The translations under genes and the position numbers were made by a program. A DNA stretch of 64,000 nucleotides from Pseudomonadota bacterium. GTDB lineage: Bacteria; Pseudomonadota; Alphaproteobacteria; Micavibrionales; Micavibrionaceae. Under the pieces are notes generated by a model. It searched no databases and had not been told where the DNA came from. It saw only the letters and a list, made by a program, of their open reading frames with translations. Every line of letters begins with the position of its first letter. Position 1 is the stretch's first letter. This document shows positions 36,480 through 47,334 of the stretch, in pieces. The DNA lies in NCBI GenBank assembly GCA_029558635.1, contig JAKQEE010000052.1:204860-268859 (forward strand), read 5' to 3'.

Positions 36480-36629
36480 GGGAAAAGCCGTAAAAAATCT
36501 TAATTAAACTCTTGCGCGGGTTTTGGCGAGCGTGCTAGGGTTCGCTTAGTCCACTAGGCTTTCCGAGTTGTTTTTCTCTGGAATTATCCAGCGAAGACAA
36601 TGGGTTGCCGAGTTAATCTAGAAAGGTAG

Positions 36630-37352
36630 ATGAACCCAATGTTTCACCGTCCTGCAACACCCAATAGCCCAACTTCCGAGCAAGAGGAAAAAGAGAATAT
36701 GAGCCAAGCTCCACAAAATCCACAGGCTTCTGAGTCCGCTGAGGCTCAAGCCGACCGTTCCGTTGATATTCCAGCCAGCCCGTTCCAACGTCCTGGTCAA
36801 CCAGCTGCTGCTGCCCCTAATGCCCCGCGTGCTGCGGCTCCTGCTTACAGCGCTTATCCGAGCGCCTATGGCGTTAGTCCTGCTTCTTCGGCTGCTACGG
36901 ATCCGAAAGGCCGCCGCCTGATCATCGGTCAAGGTATCACCATGTCCGGTGAGATCGAGTCGTGCGATCTTTTGGTCGTTGAAGGTACTGTCGAAGCTGC
37001 CCTGAAAGGTGCCAGCGTTCTTGAAATTGCCGAAACCGGTATGTTCTACGGCACCGTTGAAATCAACGAAGCCACCATCGCCGGTAAGTTTGAGGGCGAC
37101 CTGACTGTTAACGGTCGTCTGACGGTTCGTGCCAGCGGTTCGATCACCGGTGCGATTTCCTACAAGGAACTGGCTGTTGAGGCTGGCGCCACCATCGACG
37201 GTAAATTGTCGCCAGTAGGAGGCAAAGGAGCCTCCTCTGAAAAAAAGTCGCATAGGGGGCAGTCGGTAGACTCCCCCGCAAAAAAGGCGGTGGAACAGAT
37301 TTCTCCCGAGGAAGATGATCTGCCAATTTTGCAGCGTGCGGCTGGAAGATAA
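36630..37352 (+). CDS. bactofilin family cytoskeletal protein
   Basis: The beta-helical core is IIGQGITMSGEIESCDLLVVEGTVEA...GKFEGDLTVNGRLTVRASGSITGAISYKELAVEAGATIDGKL, flanked by Pro/Ala-rich tails. Confidence 0.85.
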   Translation: MNPMFHRPATPNSPTSEQEEKENMSQAPQNPQASESAEAQADRSVDIPASPFQRPGQPAAAAPNAPRAAAPAYSAYPSAYGVSPASSAATDPKGRRLIIGQGITMSGEIESCDLLVVEGTVEAALKGASVLEIAETGMFYGTVEINEATIAGKFEGDLTVNGRLTVRASGSITGAISYKELAVEAGATIDGKLSPVGGKGASSEKKSHRGQSVDSPAKKAVEQISPEEDDLPILQRAAGR

Positions 37353-37361
37353 GAGATTTTA

Positions 37362-37395
37362 AAAAAAACCGGATCAAACGATCCGGTTTTTTGTT
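37362..37395. terminator. bidirectional rho-independent terminator
   Basis: aaaaaaaaccggatc-aaac-gatccggtttttt lies between convergent genes. Confidence 0.85.
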
Positions 37396-37409
37396 GTTCG
37401 GTTCCTTGC

Positions 37410-37769
37410 CTAGACGACGGGAGGTCCAAAGCGGTTTTCGCCAAGGTTGCCCTTCATGCAATACCAGATAATCAGGATGATCGGTCCGATCAGAGGGATC
37501 AGGACCAGCAATTGCCACCAGCCGCTCTTATTGATGTCATGCAGACGGCGCGCGCCGATTGACAGACTTGGGGCAAGTAGAGCGAGGCTGATCAGAACAG
37601 ACAGGAGTCCTAGGCTGAGTGCAATGTCGATAACAATCGCCCCTGCATAGGCCAGCATATAAAACAGCCACCACCACCAGTATTCGGATCTGGAGGCGCG
37701 GCCTTCGAAGTTGATGTAGTTGTCAAAGCCGGATTTAACGGCGTCTGGAAAATTCATGTGATCCCTCAC
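37410..37769 (-). CDS. DUF805-family inner-membrane protein
   Basis: Carries GRASRSEYWWWWLF and ARRLHDINKSGWWQLL, which are characteristic of the YhaH/DUF805 family. Confidence 0.8.
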   Translation of the reverse strand: MRDHMNFPDAVKSGFDNYINFEGRASRSEYWWWWLFYMLAYAGAIVIDIALSLGLLSVLISLALLAPSLSIGARRLHDINKSGWWQLLVLIPLIGPIILIIWYCMKGNLGENRFGPPVV

Positions 37770-37818
37770 AGGTTAGGTTAACAGAATTAATTGCCGAATC
37801 GTATCATGCTAGAGCATG

Positions 37819-39711
37819 TTAGGCTAGAGCGTGGCGGGCGATATGGACGGCGGAGAGGCCGGCTTCGTCATATTGGGATTGCTGAGTGTTGTGGTCTTGA
37901 TAGATATCCGGCAGGTGCAGGGTGCGGACTTTTAATCCCGATCCCAGCAGATCGTTATTGGCGAGGTAATCCAGAACCAGTGCTCCGAAACCGCCGCTCG
38001 ATCCTTCCTCGACGGTCACGAGAGTTTTGTGAGAGGTGGCGAGTTTCTTGATGAGGTCGGTATCAAGCGGTTTTGCAAAACGCGCATCGGCGATTGTCAC
38101 CGAATATCCTTTTCCTTCGAGTATTTCTGCAGCCATTTTTGCATCGGCTAAGCGTGTGCCGTAGGAAAGAATAGCGATGTCTTCACCTTTTTGGATGATG
38201 CGGCCTTTGCCGATTTTGAGCGGTGTGCCGTGTGCGGGAAGATCAAGTCCCACACCTTCGCCGCGCGGGTAACGAAACGCAATTGGTCCATCGTTATAGG
38301 CGGCGGCGGTTGCAACCATATCGATTAGTTCGCGTTCGTCACTTGGGGCCATTAAAACCATGTTTGGCAGGCAACCGAGATAGGCGATGTCGAACGATCC
38401 GGCGTGGGTGGCTCCGTCTGCGCCGACCAATCCCGCGCGGTCAATGGCAAAGCGCACGGGAAGTTTCTGAATAGCTACATCATGCACGATCTGGTCATAG
38501 GCGCGTTGCAGGAAGGTCGAGTAAATCGCGACGAAGGGTTTCATTCCTTCTGCGGCCAAACCTGCCGCGAATGTCACGGCGTGTTGTTCGGCAATTCCGA
38601 CATCGAATGTCCGGTCGGGGAATTGCTCGGCAAACAGATCAAGTCCTGTGCCAGATGGCATGGCTGCGGTGATGGCCACGATTTTTTTGTCATGCGCGGC
38701 TTCGTCGATTAAGGCATTCGCAAAAACTTTTGTATAAGACGGTGTGGCGGATTTTGTTTTCTTTTGTGTGCCTGAAATCACGTCGAATTTGACCACGCCG
38801 TGCATTTTATCGGGGGCGTCTTCGGCGGGGGCGTAGCCCTTGCCTTTTTGGGTGATGGCGTGGATCAGGATGGGGCCGTTATGCTCGCTGTCTTTGATAT
38901 TTTTCAAGATCGGGACAAGTTGGTCGAGATTGTGGCCGTCGACGGGGCCAATGTAATAGAAGCCGAGTTCTTCGAACAATGTGCCTCCGCCGATGGCGGC
39001 GCGGGCTGTTTCTTCGGCGCGTTTGGCGGCTTCACGCAGGGGCGCGGGGAGAAAGTGTTTCGCGAATTCGCGTGCGCCCATATATTGTTTGCTTGAAACC
39101 AGTTTGCTCAGATATTTGCTCATTGCGCCGACGGGTGGAGCAATCGACATTTCATTGTCGTTGAGGATGACGATCAGTCGGCTGCCCAGTACGCCCGCAT
39201 TGTTCATCGCTTCGTAGGCCATGCCTGCGGAGATTGATCCGTCGCCGATTACGGCAATCACATGATTGCTTTTATTTTGGAGGTCGCGGGCGACGGCCAT
39301 GCCAAGACCTGCGGAGATTGAAGTCGAGCTATGCCCTGCGCCAAATGGGTCATATTTGCTTTCGGCTCTTTTGGTAAAACCGGAGAGGCCGCCCGCTTGA
39401 CGGATGGTGTGAATCTGATCGCGGCGGCCCGTCAACATTTTATGTGGATAGGCCTGATGTCCCACGTCCCAAATCAATTTATCGGTTGGTGTATCGAAGA
39501 CGGCGTGAAGCGCAACGGTGAGTTCGACAACGCCCAAACTTGCGCCCAGATGTCCGCCGGTTTTCGAGACGGCATGGATCAAATCGGCGCGAAGTTCGTC
39601 GGCCACATTTTTCAATTGGTCGATTGATAGGTCTTTCAAATCGGCGGGGTCGTCGATTTTTGAATTGCGCAGGTCAGGATGTGGCACTGATTTCAGGGGC
39701 ATAAGGGCCAT
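37819..39711 (-). CDS. dxs: 1-deoxy-D-xylulose-5-phosphate synthase
   Basis: 630 aa with the TPP-binding [18 protein letters not shown] and GHQAYPHK. Confidence 0.95.
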   Translation of the reverse strand: MALMPLKSVPHPDLRNSKIDDPADLKDLSIDQLKNVADELRADLIHAVSKTGGHLGASLGVVELTVALHAVFDTPTDKLIWDVGHQAYPHKMLTGRRDQIHTIRQAGGLSGFTKRAESKYDPFGAGHSSTSISAGLGMAVARDLQNKSNHVIAVIGDGSISAGMAYEAMNNAGVLGSRLIVILNDNEMSIAPPVGAMSKYLSKLVSSKQYMGAREFAKHFLPAPLREAAKRAEETARAAIGGGTLFEELGFYYIGPVDGHNLDQLVPILKNIKDSEHNGPILIHAITQKGKGYAPAEDAPDKMHGVVKFDVISGTQKKTKSATPSYTKVFANALIDEAAHDKKIVAITAAMPSGTGLDLFAEQFPDRTFDVGIAEQHAVTFAAGLAAEGMKPFVAIYSTFLQRAYDQIVHDVAIQKLPVRFAIDRAGLVGADGATHAGSFDIAYLGCLPNMVLMAPSDERELIDMVATAAAYNDGPIAFRYPRGEGVGLDLPAHGTPLKIGKGRIIQKGEDIAILSYGTRLADAKMAAEILEGKGYSVTIADARFAKPLDTDLIKKLATSHKTLVTVEEGSSGGFGALVLDYLANNDLLGSGLKVRTLHLPDIYQDHNTQQSQYDEAGLSAVHIARHALA

Positions 39712-39831
39712 GTTTAATAGTTTTTTTTTCGAATGTCACGAAGTGGTTTATTGTCATAATATAACAATGCTCTTTCCTGACTTTTTGTTACGAGGAGTAT
39801 GATAATATTCGGCTTGAGCGGAGGAAATGGT

Positions 39832-40311
39832 ATGTCGGCTTATTCTTTGGATTCCATCCGGGTTGTCGATTTTGATGAAAGCCGGATGGTGGATTTTAAA
39901 AACCATCTGGCTGATTGTGTCGTGGTAACGCGAGACAGTAAAATCCTGATGCAGCAGCGGCCCGCGAATTGGGGGCGGCATGCCGGAGTTCTCAATCTAT
40001 TCGGTGGTCATGTCGAAGATGGTGAGACGATTGTTCAGGGCCTTATACGCGAATTGAATGAAGAGTTGGGGGCTATCGTCAAGCCGGAAGATTTAATGTT
40101 CATTGGTGCGGTGAGCGAGGATTGGACAGATCATACAGAATTGGTCCATGTCTATTTCTGGCGGGATGTCGAAGGAACCATCACCGGATGCTATGAAGCG
40201 GAATCCAGAGAATACGAGTCTGTTGACGCAATTTTGACTCATCCGAAGCTGATGGACTACGCTGCGTGGGCTTTGTTGGAATGTCGGAAACGCAGTTTGT
40301 TGCCGTTGTAA
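39832..40311 (+). CDS. NUDIX hydrolase
   Basis: The Nudix box is GGHVEDGETIVQGLIRELNEELG. The start was moved to the ATG at 39832, which follows a GGAGG Shine-Dalgarno. Confidence 0.8.
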   Translation: MSAYSLDSIRVVDFDESRMVDFKNHLADCVVVTRDSKILMQQRPANWGRHAGVLNLFGGHVEDGETIVQGLIRELNEELGAIVKPEDLMFIGAVSEDWTDHTELVHVYFWRDVEGTITGCYEAESREYESVDAILTHPKLMDYAAWALLECRKRSLLPL

Positions 40312-41226
40312 TTACGCGCGGCGTCTCAGCACATAGTACGCCAGTTCTTCGAGCATTTTGGCGCGGCCTTGGAAGACGTGAAGGTGGCGGATTGCCTGTT
40401 CGGCGAGCATTTCGGCACGTTGTCTGGCTTGTTCCTTCCCCATCGTGGACACAAAGGTCGATTTGCCAGCCTTGTCGTCTTGATTGGCGGGTTTGCCGCT
40501 TTCGTTCGGGTCGGCTTCGACATCCAGAATATCGTCGGTTACTTGGAACGCCAATCCGAGATCATAAGCGTAAGAGGTGAGGGCGCGGCGGTACATGTCG
40601 CCAGCTTTGCCGAGGATTGCACCTGCTTCGCAGGAGAAGGCCATCAGCTTTCCGGTTTTCATGCGTTGCATGCGGCTGATCGACCCCAAATCAAATTCTG
40701 TGGTTTCGCCGATCAGGTCGAGCATTTGTCCGCCCACCATCCCGTGCGGTCCGGCGGCGTCGGCCAGAGCTGCCACCAATGCACAACGTACATACGGATC
40801 TTCATGCGTTTCAGGTTCGGTGAGAATCTGGAACGCCATGGTGAGCAATCCGTCACCAGCCAAAATTGCTGTGGCTTCGTCATAGGCGCGGTGAACGGTG
40901 AGTTTGCCGCGGCGCATATCGGAATTGTCCATCGCGGGCAAATCGTCGTGAATGAGAGAATAGGCGTGTACCAGTTCAATCGCGGCGGCGACACGTTTGG
41001 CGCGGGCGGGATCGACGTTGAACAGTTTGGCCGATTGCATCACCATAAAGGGGCGCAAACGTTTTCCACCTGCGAGTGTGCCATAGCGCATGGCGTCATA
41101 GAGTTGAGCTTCGGCAAGATCCGTTTCAGGCAGAAGACGGCCAATGGCCTTGTCCACCATCTGGACGGTGTCCTCTAAAGCTTCTTTCAGTTCGGGGCTG
41201 GTCTCGCGTGGGGACGGGGCCATCAA
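40312..41226 (-). CDS. ispA: farnesyl/geranyl diphosphate synthase (polyprenyl synthetase)
   Basis: FARM is IHDDLPAMDNSDMRRG and SARM is VTDDILD. It sits in an xseB-ispA-dxs context. Confidence 0.9.
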   Translation of the reverse strand: MMAPSPRETSPELKEALEDTVQMVDKAIGRLLPETDLAEAQLYDAMRYGTLAGGKRLRPFMVMQSAKLFNVDPARAKRVAAAIELVHAYSLIHDDLPAMDNSDMRRGKLTVHRAYDEATAILAGDGLLTMAFQILTEPETHEDPYVRCALVAALADAAGPHGMVGGQMLDLIGETTEFDLGSISRMQRMKTGKLMAFSCEAGAILGKAGDMYRRALTSYAYDLGLAFQVTDDILDVEADPNESGKPANQDDKAGKSTFVSTMGKEQARQRAEMLAEQAIRHLHVFQGRAKMLEELAYYVLRRRA

Positions 41227-41250
41227 ATTCTCCTTGGGCTTTTTATCTGT

Positions 41251-41496
41251 TTATTCTTCATCGAGCGGGGCGGTTTTTAGGGAACCATCCGGTGCGACCA
41301 TGATTTTTTCGATCTTCATTCGTGCATCGCGCAGTTTGGATTCGCAATGATTCTTCAGGGCAACACCGCGCTCGTAAGCTTCGATTGAATCTTCAAGAGA
41401 GATTTTTCCTGTCTCAAGGTTGCGGACGATCGTATCTAGCTCCTCAAGTGCGGATTCAAAGCTCAGTTTCTCGACGGCGGCATTTTTTGCGGTCAT
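41251..41496 (-). CDS. xseB: exodeoxyribonuclease VII small subunit
   Basis: 81 aa. Carries SFESALEELDTIVRNLETGKISLEDSIEAYERG. Confidence 0.9.
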   Translation of the reverse strand: MTAKNAAVEKLSFESALEELDTIVRNLETGKISLEDSIEAYERGVALKNHCESKLRDARMKIEKIMVAPDGSLKTAPLDEE

Positions 41497-41605
41497 AGCG
41501 GGCGATTTCAGATCGGGTGTTATCCGGTTGTTATATCTTTATTATTGTGTGGAGGGGAGTTTAGGTCAGGACGGGGCGTTTCTCAACCTAAATGTTTAAT
41601 GTTCC

Positions 41606-42244
41606 TTATTTGTTCTGTATTTTAAAGGCAGATTTGCACAGGCTGCTGATAATGCAATTGTCGCAATTCGGGTTGCGCGCTTTGCAGACATAGCGGCCAT
41701 GCAAAATCAGCCAGTGATGCGCGTGGCGTTTGAAATCTTCGGGGATGGCTTTTTCGAGTTTTCGTTCGACGATTTCGACTGTGTCGCCATTGGCGAGACC
41801 CGTGCGGTTCGAGACGCGAAAAACATGTGTATCAACGGCGATGGTTGGATGACCGAAGGCGATATTCAAAACGACATTCGCTGTTTTTCGCCCGACGCCG
41901 GGGAGGGCGGTCAATTCTTCCATTGTTGCTGGGACCTCGCCGCCGTGCCGCGAGATCAGGAGTTTCGACATATCAATGACGTTGGCGGCTTTGGAATTAT
42001 AAAGGCCGATGGTTTTGATATGTTCCTTTAATCCTTCCAATCCCAGTTTTACCATTTTTTCCGGTGTGTCGACGATTTGGAACAATTTTTCCGTGGCTTT
42101 GTTGACTCCCACGTCGGTGGCCTGAGCCGATAAAATCACCGCGACCAACAGGGTGTAGGTGTTGACCGATTTCAGTTCGCCTTTGGGTTCAGGATCAAAG
42201 TCCTGAAATATTTCGAACATTTTGTGGATGTTTTCTTTTTTCAT
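41606..42244 (-). CDS. nth: endonuclease III
   Basis: Carries HhH-GPD (LPGVGRKTANVVL) and the C-terminal 4Fe-4S cluster CKARNPNCDNCIISSLC. Confidence 0.95.
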   Translation of the reverse strand: MKKENIHKMFEIFQDFDPEPKGELKSVNTYTLLVAVILSAQATDVGVNKATEKLFQIVDTPEKMVKLGLEGLKEHIKTIGLYNSKAANVIDMSKLLISRHGGEVPATMEELTALPGVGRKTANVVLNIAFGHPTIAVDTHVFRVSNRTGLANGDTVEIVERKLEKAIPEDFKRHAHHWLILHGRYVCKARNPNCDNCIISSLCKSAFKIQNK

Positions 42245-42279
42245 GGTCGTGTTATATCCTGTTTATCGGGAGAAATCAC

Positions 42280-42897
42280 ATGAAATTCGACCAGTTGGGA
42301 TTGGTATTTGACGATGAATTGTCTGTGCGCGGCAAGAATGTTCGGGTGGTGGATTCCGGTGTTCCCGATATTCTGGAGTTTGGCACTGTTACGACATCGC
42401 TTGGTTTGATGACGCTGGTATGGTGTAAGAGTGGGCTTTGTTATCTGGGGTTTGAGGCAGCTCGGTCACTGGAGAAGGCGCAAAAATTTTTTCCATCGGT
42501 ATCTTTTTTACCAAATCAGAAAATGGCCGCGCGTTATACGGGTGAGGTCCTGAACGCGTGGCGAGGCGAGGGTGTTGTTGATCTGGTTGCTTGTGGCACG
42601 GTGTTTCAGAAAAGTGTATGGGAGGCGTTGTTGCGCATTCCAGTCGGACATGTGGTGAGTTACGGATCTGTCGCCGAGTATATCGGGAGCCCCAAAGCTG
42701 TGCGTGCGGTCGGGTCAGCTGTCGGGGCTAATCCGGTTTCGCTTTTGATCCCGTGTCACCGTGTGATCCAGCAGAATGGTTCCGTTTGCAATTACGGATG
42801 GGGTGACGAGATGAAGCGGAAAATTTTGAAAGAGGAAGCTCTGGTTAATCGAGTTTCAGGAAATCCTGCATCCCGTAAAATCCGGCGGGCTGGGTGA
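42280..42897 (+). CDS. ogt: methylated-DNA--protein-cysteine methyltransferase
   Basis: The active site is IPCHRV, preceded by VVSYGSVAEYIGSPKAVRAVGSAVGANP. Confidence 0.9.
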   Translation: MKFDQLGLVFDDELSVRGKNVRVVDSGVPDILEFGTVTTSLGLMTLVWCKSGLCYLGFEAARSLEKAQKFFPSVSFLPNQKMAARYTGEVLNAWRGEGVVDLVACGTVFQKSVWEALLRIPVGHVVSYGSVAEYIGSPKAVRAVGSAVGANPVSLLIPCHRVIQQNGSVCNYGWGDEMKRKILKEEALVNRVSGNPASRKIRRAG

Positions 42898-43609
42898 TTA
42901 GCCACCTTGCCGCTTGCAGTGCGCCGCGGGCAAAAAGGGCGCGGTCGGTGGCGCGGTGGGTAAGCTCAAGCCGCTCGCCAGATCCCAGAAAGAAAACCGT
43001 GTGTTCACCAATAACATCACCACCGCGGATCACGGAGAAGCCGATTTCGTCCTTTGTCCGCGCTCCGGTTTGGCCGTGACGGTCATAAACGGCTTTGTTC
43101 GCAAAACTGACCCCGCGACCTTCGGCTGCGGATTTACCCAAGGCGAGGGCGGTTCCGGATGGCGCGTCCACCTTCTTGCCGTGGTGGGCTTCCAAAATTT
43201 CAATGGCGAATTCCGGCCCCAGTGTGCCTGCCACTTTTTTGACAAGCGACATCATCAAATTAACTCCGAGACTTGCGTTCGGAGTGTAGAGGATCGGAGC
43301 GTTTTTGGAAGCTTCTTTGATGTCGGCCATTTGCGATTCCGAAATGCCGGTGGTGCCGATGACCAGAGGTTTTTTAGTGCTGGCGGCAACGCGGGCATGG
43401 CGGACGCTGGCTTCGGGGGCGGTGAAATCAATCACGAGGTCCGAGACGGCAAAGAGGTCTTCGTCGTCGATCAGGATCGGAACATTGGTTGGAAGATTCC
43501 CCTTATCCCGTGTGACGCCGCCCGCCAGATAGAGATCCTGAGTGGCAAGGATTTCTTTGACCAGCATCTGGCCCATTCTGCCTGTGCAGCCTGCAATTCC
43601 GATTTTCAT
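42845..43609 (-). CDS. dapB: 4-hydroxy-tetrahydrodipicolinate reductase
   Basis: Carries MKIGIAGCTGRMG at the N-terminus and EAHHGKKVDAPSGTA. Confidence 0.95.
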   Translation of the reverse strand: MKIGIAGCTGRMGQMLVKEILATQDLYLAGGVTRDKGNLPTNVPILIDDEDLFAVSDLVIDFTAPEASVRHARVAASTKKPLVIGTTGISESQMADIKEASKNAPILYTPNASLGVNLMMSLVKKVAGTLGPEFAIEILEAHHGKKVDAPSGTALALGKSAAEGRGVSFANKAVYDRHGQTGARTKDEIGFSVIRGGDVIGEHTVFFLGSGERLELTHRATDRALFARGALQAARWLITQPAGFYGMQDFLKLD

Positions 43610-43613
43610 TCTT

Positions 43614-44759
43614 TTAATCCCTTATGTCGTCCCAGAGTTCTTTCATCTTTTTGAAAAAGCCTTCGCTTTCGGGGGAGTGTTTTTGTCCCGATTTCTGAAG
43701 GGTTTCATCAAGCTGTTTCATCAGGTCGGTTTGTTTCTTGTCGAGGTTGACCGGCGTCTCGACGAAAATTTCGATGTAGAGGTCGCCGCGTGTTTCAGAG
43801 CGCATGACATTCATGCCCTTGCCTTTGACGCGGATTTGCTGTCCGGTCTGGGTTCCGGACGGAATCTTGATGCTGCTTTTTTCGCCGTCAATGGTCGGGA
43901 CCTCAATATGGCCGCCCAGCGCCGCGGTGGTCATCGGTACCGGAATGCGGCAATGAAGGTTGCTCCCGTCGCGTTTGAAGAAAGGGTGAGGTTTGATGCC
44001 GATCAGAACATAGAGGTCACCTTTTTCGCCGCCGCGAATACCGGCTTCGCCTTCACCAGCGAGTCGGACGCGCTGGCCTTCCATGATGCCGGCGGGGATC
44101 GAAATCTTGACGGTTTTTTCACCATGGACGCGGCCGGCGCCGCCGCATTTTGGGCAAGGCGATTTGATAACCGAGCCGTTGCCACCGCAAGTTCCGCAGG
44201 TGCGTTCGATGGTGAAGAAGCCTTGTTGGGCGCGTACACGTCCTGCACCGCCACAGGTTTGACAGGTTTCGGGCTTGCCGCCGTCGGCCGAACCGGAGCC
44301 GTGACATTTTTCACAAGATTCAACGGTCGGAATTTTGAGCTTGGCGTCTTTGCCTTTGAAAGCGTCTTCGAGCGAGATGTCAAGTGTGAATTGGACGTCG
44401 GAGCCGCGCATCGGGCCGCCGCGGTTTTTGCCGCGTCCACCGCCCCCCATGATGTCGCCAAACATGTCTTCAAAGATATCGGTGAAGGCTGCGCCAAATC
44501 CTGCGCCGCCAAATCCGCCGGCGCCCATTCCCTGAGGCCCTGCTGCGCCGAACTGGTCATAGGCTGCGCGTTTTTGCGGGTCTTTCAGGACGTCATAGGC
44601 CTGATTGACTTCCTTGAATTTTTCTTCCGCTTCGGTCGGGTTTTCCTTGTTGCGGTCGGGGTGATATTGCATCGCCAGTTTGCGATAGGCTTTTTTCAGG
44701 TCCTCGTCGCTGGCGTTTTTTTCGACGCCAAGGATTTTGTAGAAGTCTTTTTCACTCAT
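43614..44759 (-). CDS. dnaJ: molecular chaperone DnaJ
   Basis: A J domain with HPD, a G/F region and four CxxCxGxG zinc-finger repeats. Confidence 0.95.
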   Translation of the reverse strand: MSEKDFYKILGVEKNASDEDLKKAYRKLAMQYHPDRNKENPTEAEEKFKEVNQAYDVLKDPQKRAAYDQFGAAGPQGMGAGGFGGAGFGAAFTDIFEDMFGDIMGGGGRGKNRGGPMRGSDVQFTLDISLEDAFKGKDAKLKIPTVESCEKCHGSGSADGGKPETCQTCGGAGRVRAQQGFFTIERTCGTCGGNGSVIKSPCPKCGGAGRVHGEKTVKISIPAGIMEGQRVRLAGEGEAGIRGGEKGDLYVLIGIKPHPFFKRDGSNLHCRIPVPMTTAALGGHIEVPTIDGEKSSIKIPSGTQTGQQIRVKGKGMNVMRSETRGDLYIEIFVETPVNLDKKQTDLMKQLDETLQKSGQKHSPESEGFFKKMKELWDDIRD

Positions 44760-45103
44760 TTGTTGTTGCTTTCATTCATTATCAGCCAGCGCCAGAATTT
44801 GTCCCACTTCGTTGCCGTCTCAATACGGGATGCTTTTTGCTGAAGCTTCAAGACCTGATTGTAACGGTCTCGCGTCTGGCGTGTTTTTAAATTGCTGTAT
44901 GCCTCGTTTATCAGTTTCAGTTGGTGTTCGGATATATGCCGTTCATGGGTCCCCAAATCGGGATGCCAGTACGACACAAGTTTCCGGTATGCGTCTTTTA
45001 TTTCCTGTTCCTGTGCGTCCGGAGAGATCTCCAGAATTTCGTAGTAGGTTTTCTGCGAAGAATGGTTAGCCATGACCCCAATAAAGCCTGTAAACGGTGA
45101 CAC
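44756..45103 (-). CDS. small J-domain-only protein
   Basis: 115 aa. The J domain is [31 protein letters not shown]...INEAYSNLK. It has no G/F region or zinc finger. Its stop overlaps the dnaJ start by 4 nt. Confidence 0.75.
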   Translation of the reverse strand: MSPFTGFIGVMANHSSQKTYYEILEISPDAQEQEIKDAYRKLVSYWHPDLGTHERHISEHQLKLINEAYSNLKTRQTRDRYNQVLKLQQKASRIETATKWDKFWRWLIMNESNNK

Positions 45104-45158
45104 CCTATACGCAGAAGACCGGAGGGAATTCAGTCCCCTCCGGCTGAAATTTCAAGCC

Positions 45159-47117
45159 TTAGGCGTTTGTGCCGTCCTTGCCTTTTTTGTCGTCCTCATC
45201 CTCTTCGAACTGCATATTGGTGAAGTCCGCGTCGATGACGTCATCGGACCCTTCCGATGGGGATGATGATGACGATGACTTTTCGCTGTCTGCTGCTCCG
45301 GCTTCTTTTTCCTGAGCCTTGCGGTAGGCGATTTCACCGATTTTCATCGCGGCTTGTTGCAGATCGTTGATCTTGGAGGTGATGGCGTCGGCATCGTCAC
45401 CGTCCATGATGGCTTTGAGTTCGGCAATCGCTTTTTCCGTTGCTTCTCTATCCGCAGCGGGAAGGTCAGCCCCCACTTCTTCCAATGACTTCTCGGTCTG
45501 GTGGATGGCAGCTTCGGCATGGTTTCTTGCTTCGACGGCCGCGCGCTTTTTCTTGTCTATTTCGGCGTTGGCTTCGGCGTCTTTCACCATTTTCTCGATG
45601 TCGGCATCCGACAAGCCGCCAGAGGCCTGGATACGGATATTCTGTTCCTTGCTGGTGGCTTTGTCCTTGGCTGTCACATGGACGATCCCGTTTGCGTCGA
45701 TGTCGAATATGACCTCGATTTGTGGGACGCCGCGCGGGGCAGGGGGAATCCCAACCAGATCGAATTGACCGAGCAATTTGTTATCAGCCGCCATTTCGCG
45801 TTCGCCCTGGAAGACGCGGATGGTTACCGCGTTCTGGTTGTCCTCGGCGGTCGAGAAAGTTTGCGACTGCTTGGTCGGGATGGTGGTGTTGCGGTTGATG
45901 AGACGCGTGAACACGCCGCCCAACGTTTCAATGCCAAGCGAAAGCGGGGTGACGTCGAGCAGAAGAACGTCTTTCACGTCGCCTTGCAGTACACCACCCT
46001 GAATGGCTGCGCCGTCGGCAACAACTTCGTCAGGGTTTACGCCTTTATGTGGTTCCTTGCCGAAGAGTTCTTTCACCGTTTCGATGATTTTCGGCATACG
46101 GGTCATTCCGCCAACCAGCACGACTTCGTCGATTTCGGACGGTTTCAGACCGGCGTCTTTCAGCGCCGCTTTACAGGGCTCAATCGTACGGCGGACGAGA
46201 TCGTCCACAAGGGATTCGAGTTTTGCGCGGCTCAGTTTGACGTTGAGGTGTTTCGGTCCCGCTGCGTCGGCTGTGATGAAGGGCAGGTTAACTTCGGTCT
46301 GCGTCGTCGAAGACAGTTCGATTTTCGCTTTTTCTGCGGCTTCTTTCAGGCGTTGCAATGCAAGTTTATCATTACGCAGGTCGATGCCTTGGTCTTTTTT
46401 GAATTCATCGGCTAGATAGTCGATGATGCGGGCGTCAAAATCTTCCCCGCCGAGGAAGGTATCCCCGTTGGTGGATTTTACCATGAAGAGTTCGTCACTG
46501 ATTTCCAAAATGGACACGTCGAATGTCCCGCCACCCAAGTCATAGACCGCGATGGTGCCTTGGTTCTTTTTGTCAAGACCGTAGGCCAGTGCGGCGGCAG
46601 TCGGTTCGTTGATGATCCGCAGAACTTCAAGGCCCGCGATCTTGCCGGCATCTTTCGTTGCCTGACGTTGCGCGTCGTTGAAGTAAGCCGGAACGGTGAT
46701 AACCGCCTGATCGACGGTCGTGCCCAAAAAGCTTTCGGCGGTTTCCTTCATTTTCTTCAGGACCATGGCTGAAATTTGCGAAGGGGCATATCTCTCGCCG
46801 TCAATTTCGACCCATGCATCGCCATTGTCGCCTTCAATAATTTTGAAGGGGGCGTGTTGTTTCATTTTCTGAACCTGAGGGTCGTCGAAGCGGCGTCCGA
46901 TCAGGCGCTTAATTCCATACAGGGTGTTGTCAGGGTTGGTAACTGCCTGACGTTTTGCGGGTTGGCCGACCAAACGTTCGCCATCTTTGGTGAAGGCAAT
47001 CATGGAAGGGGTGGTGCGCGTGCCTTCCGAATTTTCTACGACGCGTGGCTCTTTGCCGTCCATGATGGCGACGCAGGAGTTGGTCGTTCCCAAATCAATA
47101 CCGATTACTTTTGACAT
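45159..47117 (-). CDS. dnaK: molecular chaperone DnaK (Hsp70)
   Basis: Carries [21 protein letters not shown] and the rest of the Hsp70 pattern. 652 aa. Confidence 0.97.
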   Translation of the reverse strand: MSKVIGIDLGTTNSCVAIMDGKEPRVVENSEGTRTTPSMIAFTKDGERLVGQPAKRQAVTNPDNTLYGIKRLIGRRFDDPQVQKMKQHAPFKIIEGDNGDAWVEIDGERYAPSQISAMVLKKMKETAESFLGTTVDQAVITVPAYFNDAQRQATKDAGKIAGLEVLRIINEPTAAALAYGLDKKNQGTIAVYDLGGGTFDVSILEISDELFMVKSTNGDTFLGGEDFDARIIDYLADEFKKDQGIDLRNDKLALQRLKEAAEKAKIELSSTTQTEVNLPFITADAAGPKHLNVKLSRAKLESLVDDLVRRTIEPCKAALKDAGLKPSEIDEVVLVGGMTRMPKIIETVKELFGKEPHKGVNPDEVVADGAAIQGGVLQGDVKDVLLLDVTPLSLGIETLGGVFTRLINRNTTIPTKQSQTFSTAEDNQNAVTIRVFQGEREMAADNKLLGQFDLVGIPPAPRGVPQIEVIFDIDANGIVHVTAKDKATSKEQNIRIQASGGLSDADIEKMVKDAEANAEIDKKKRAAVEARNHAEAAIHQTEKSLEEVGADLPAADREATEKAIAELKAIMDGDDADAITSKINDLQQAAMKIGEIAYRKAQEKEAGAADSEKSSSSSSPSEGSDDVIDADFTNMQFEEDEDDKKGKDGTNA

Positions 47118-47295
47118 TTTTTATACCTCTTTTTTAAGTTGGCAAATCATGCGCGACCTCACCATGAGCGTCACGACATATCCCCTCAGGAGGTTACCAT
47201 TTCATAGTAACCCCTTGTCAGGTATCACATATAGCGCAGTGGGCTCCAAATGGACACCCCGTTATATGCGGTAGATCACAAGAATCTACAGTTTA

Positions 47296-47329
47296 ATTAT
47301 TGGGATTAAATTCCTAAAAGTCAAGGGGT
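47296..47329 (-). promoter_or_regulatory. candidate sigma-32 (RpoH) heat-shock promoter upstream of dnaK
   Basis: The minus strand reads CCCCTTGAC-N15-CCCAATAAT, against my recollection of the consensus CCCTTGAA-N13-17-CCCCATNT. It lies about 180 nt upstream of the dnaK ATG. Confidence 0.4.
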
Positions 47330-47334
47330 TTTTG

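Noticed and set aside
36618-37253. 211-aa minus-strand ORF
   Set aside because: It is antisense to the bactofilin gene, whose beta-helical repeat is clear. The minus-strand translation is low-complexity.
43542-44843. 433-aa + strand ORF
   Set aside because: It is antisense to the clearly identifiable dnaJ. Its translation is low-complexity Ala/Gly/Phe-rich, which is typical of a shadow ORF in a GC-biased third position.
45501-46415. 304-aa + strand ORF, plus several other + ORFs between 45.3 and 47.1 kb
   Set aside because: They are antisense to dnaK.
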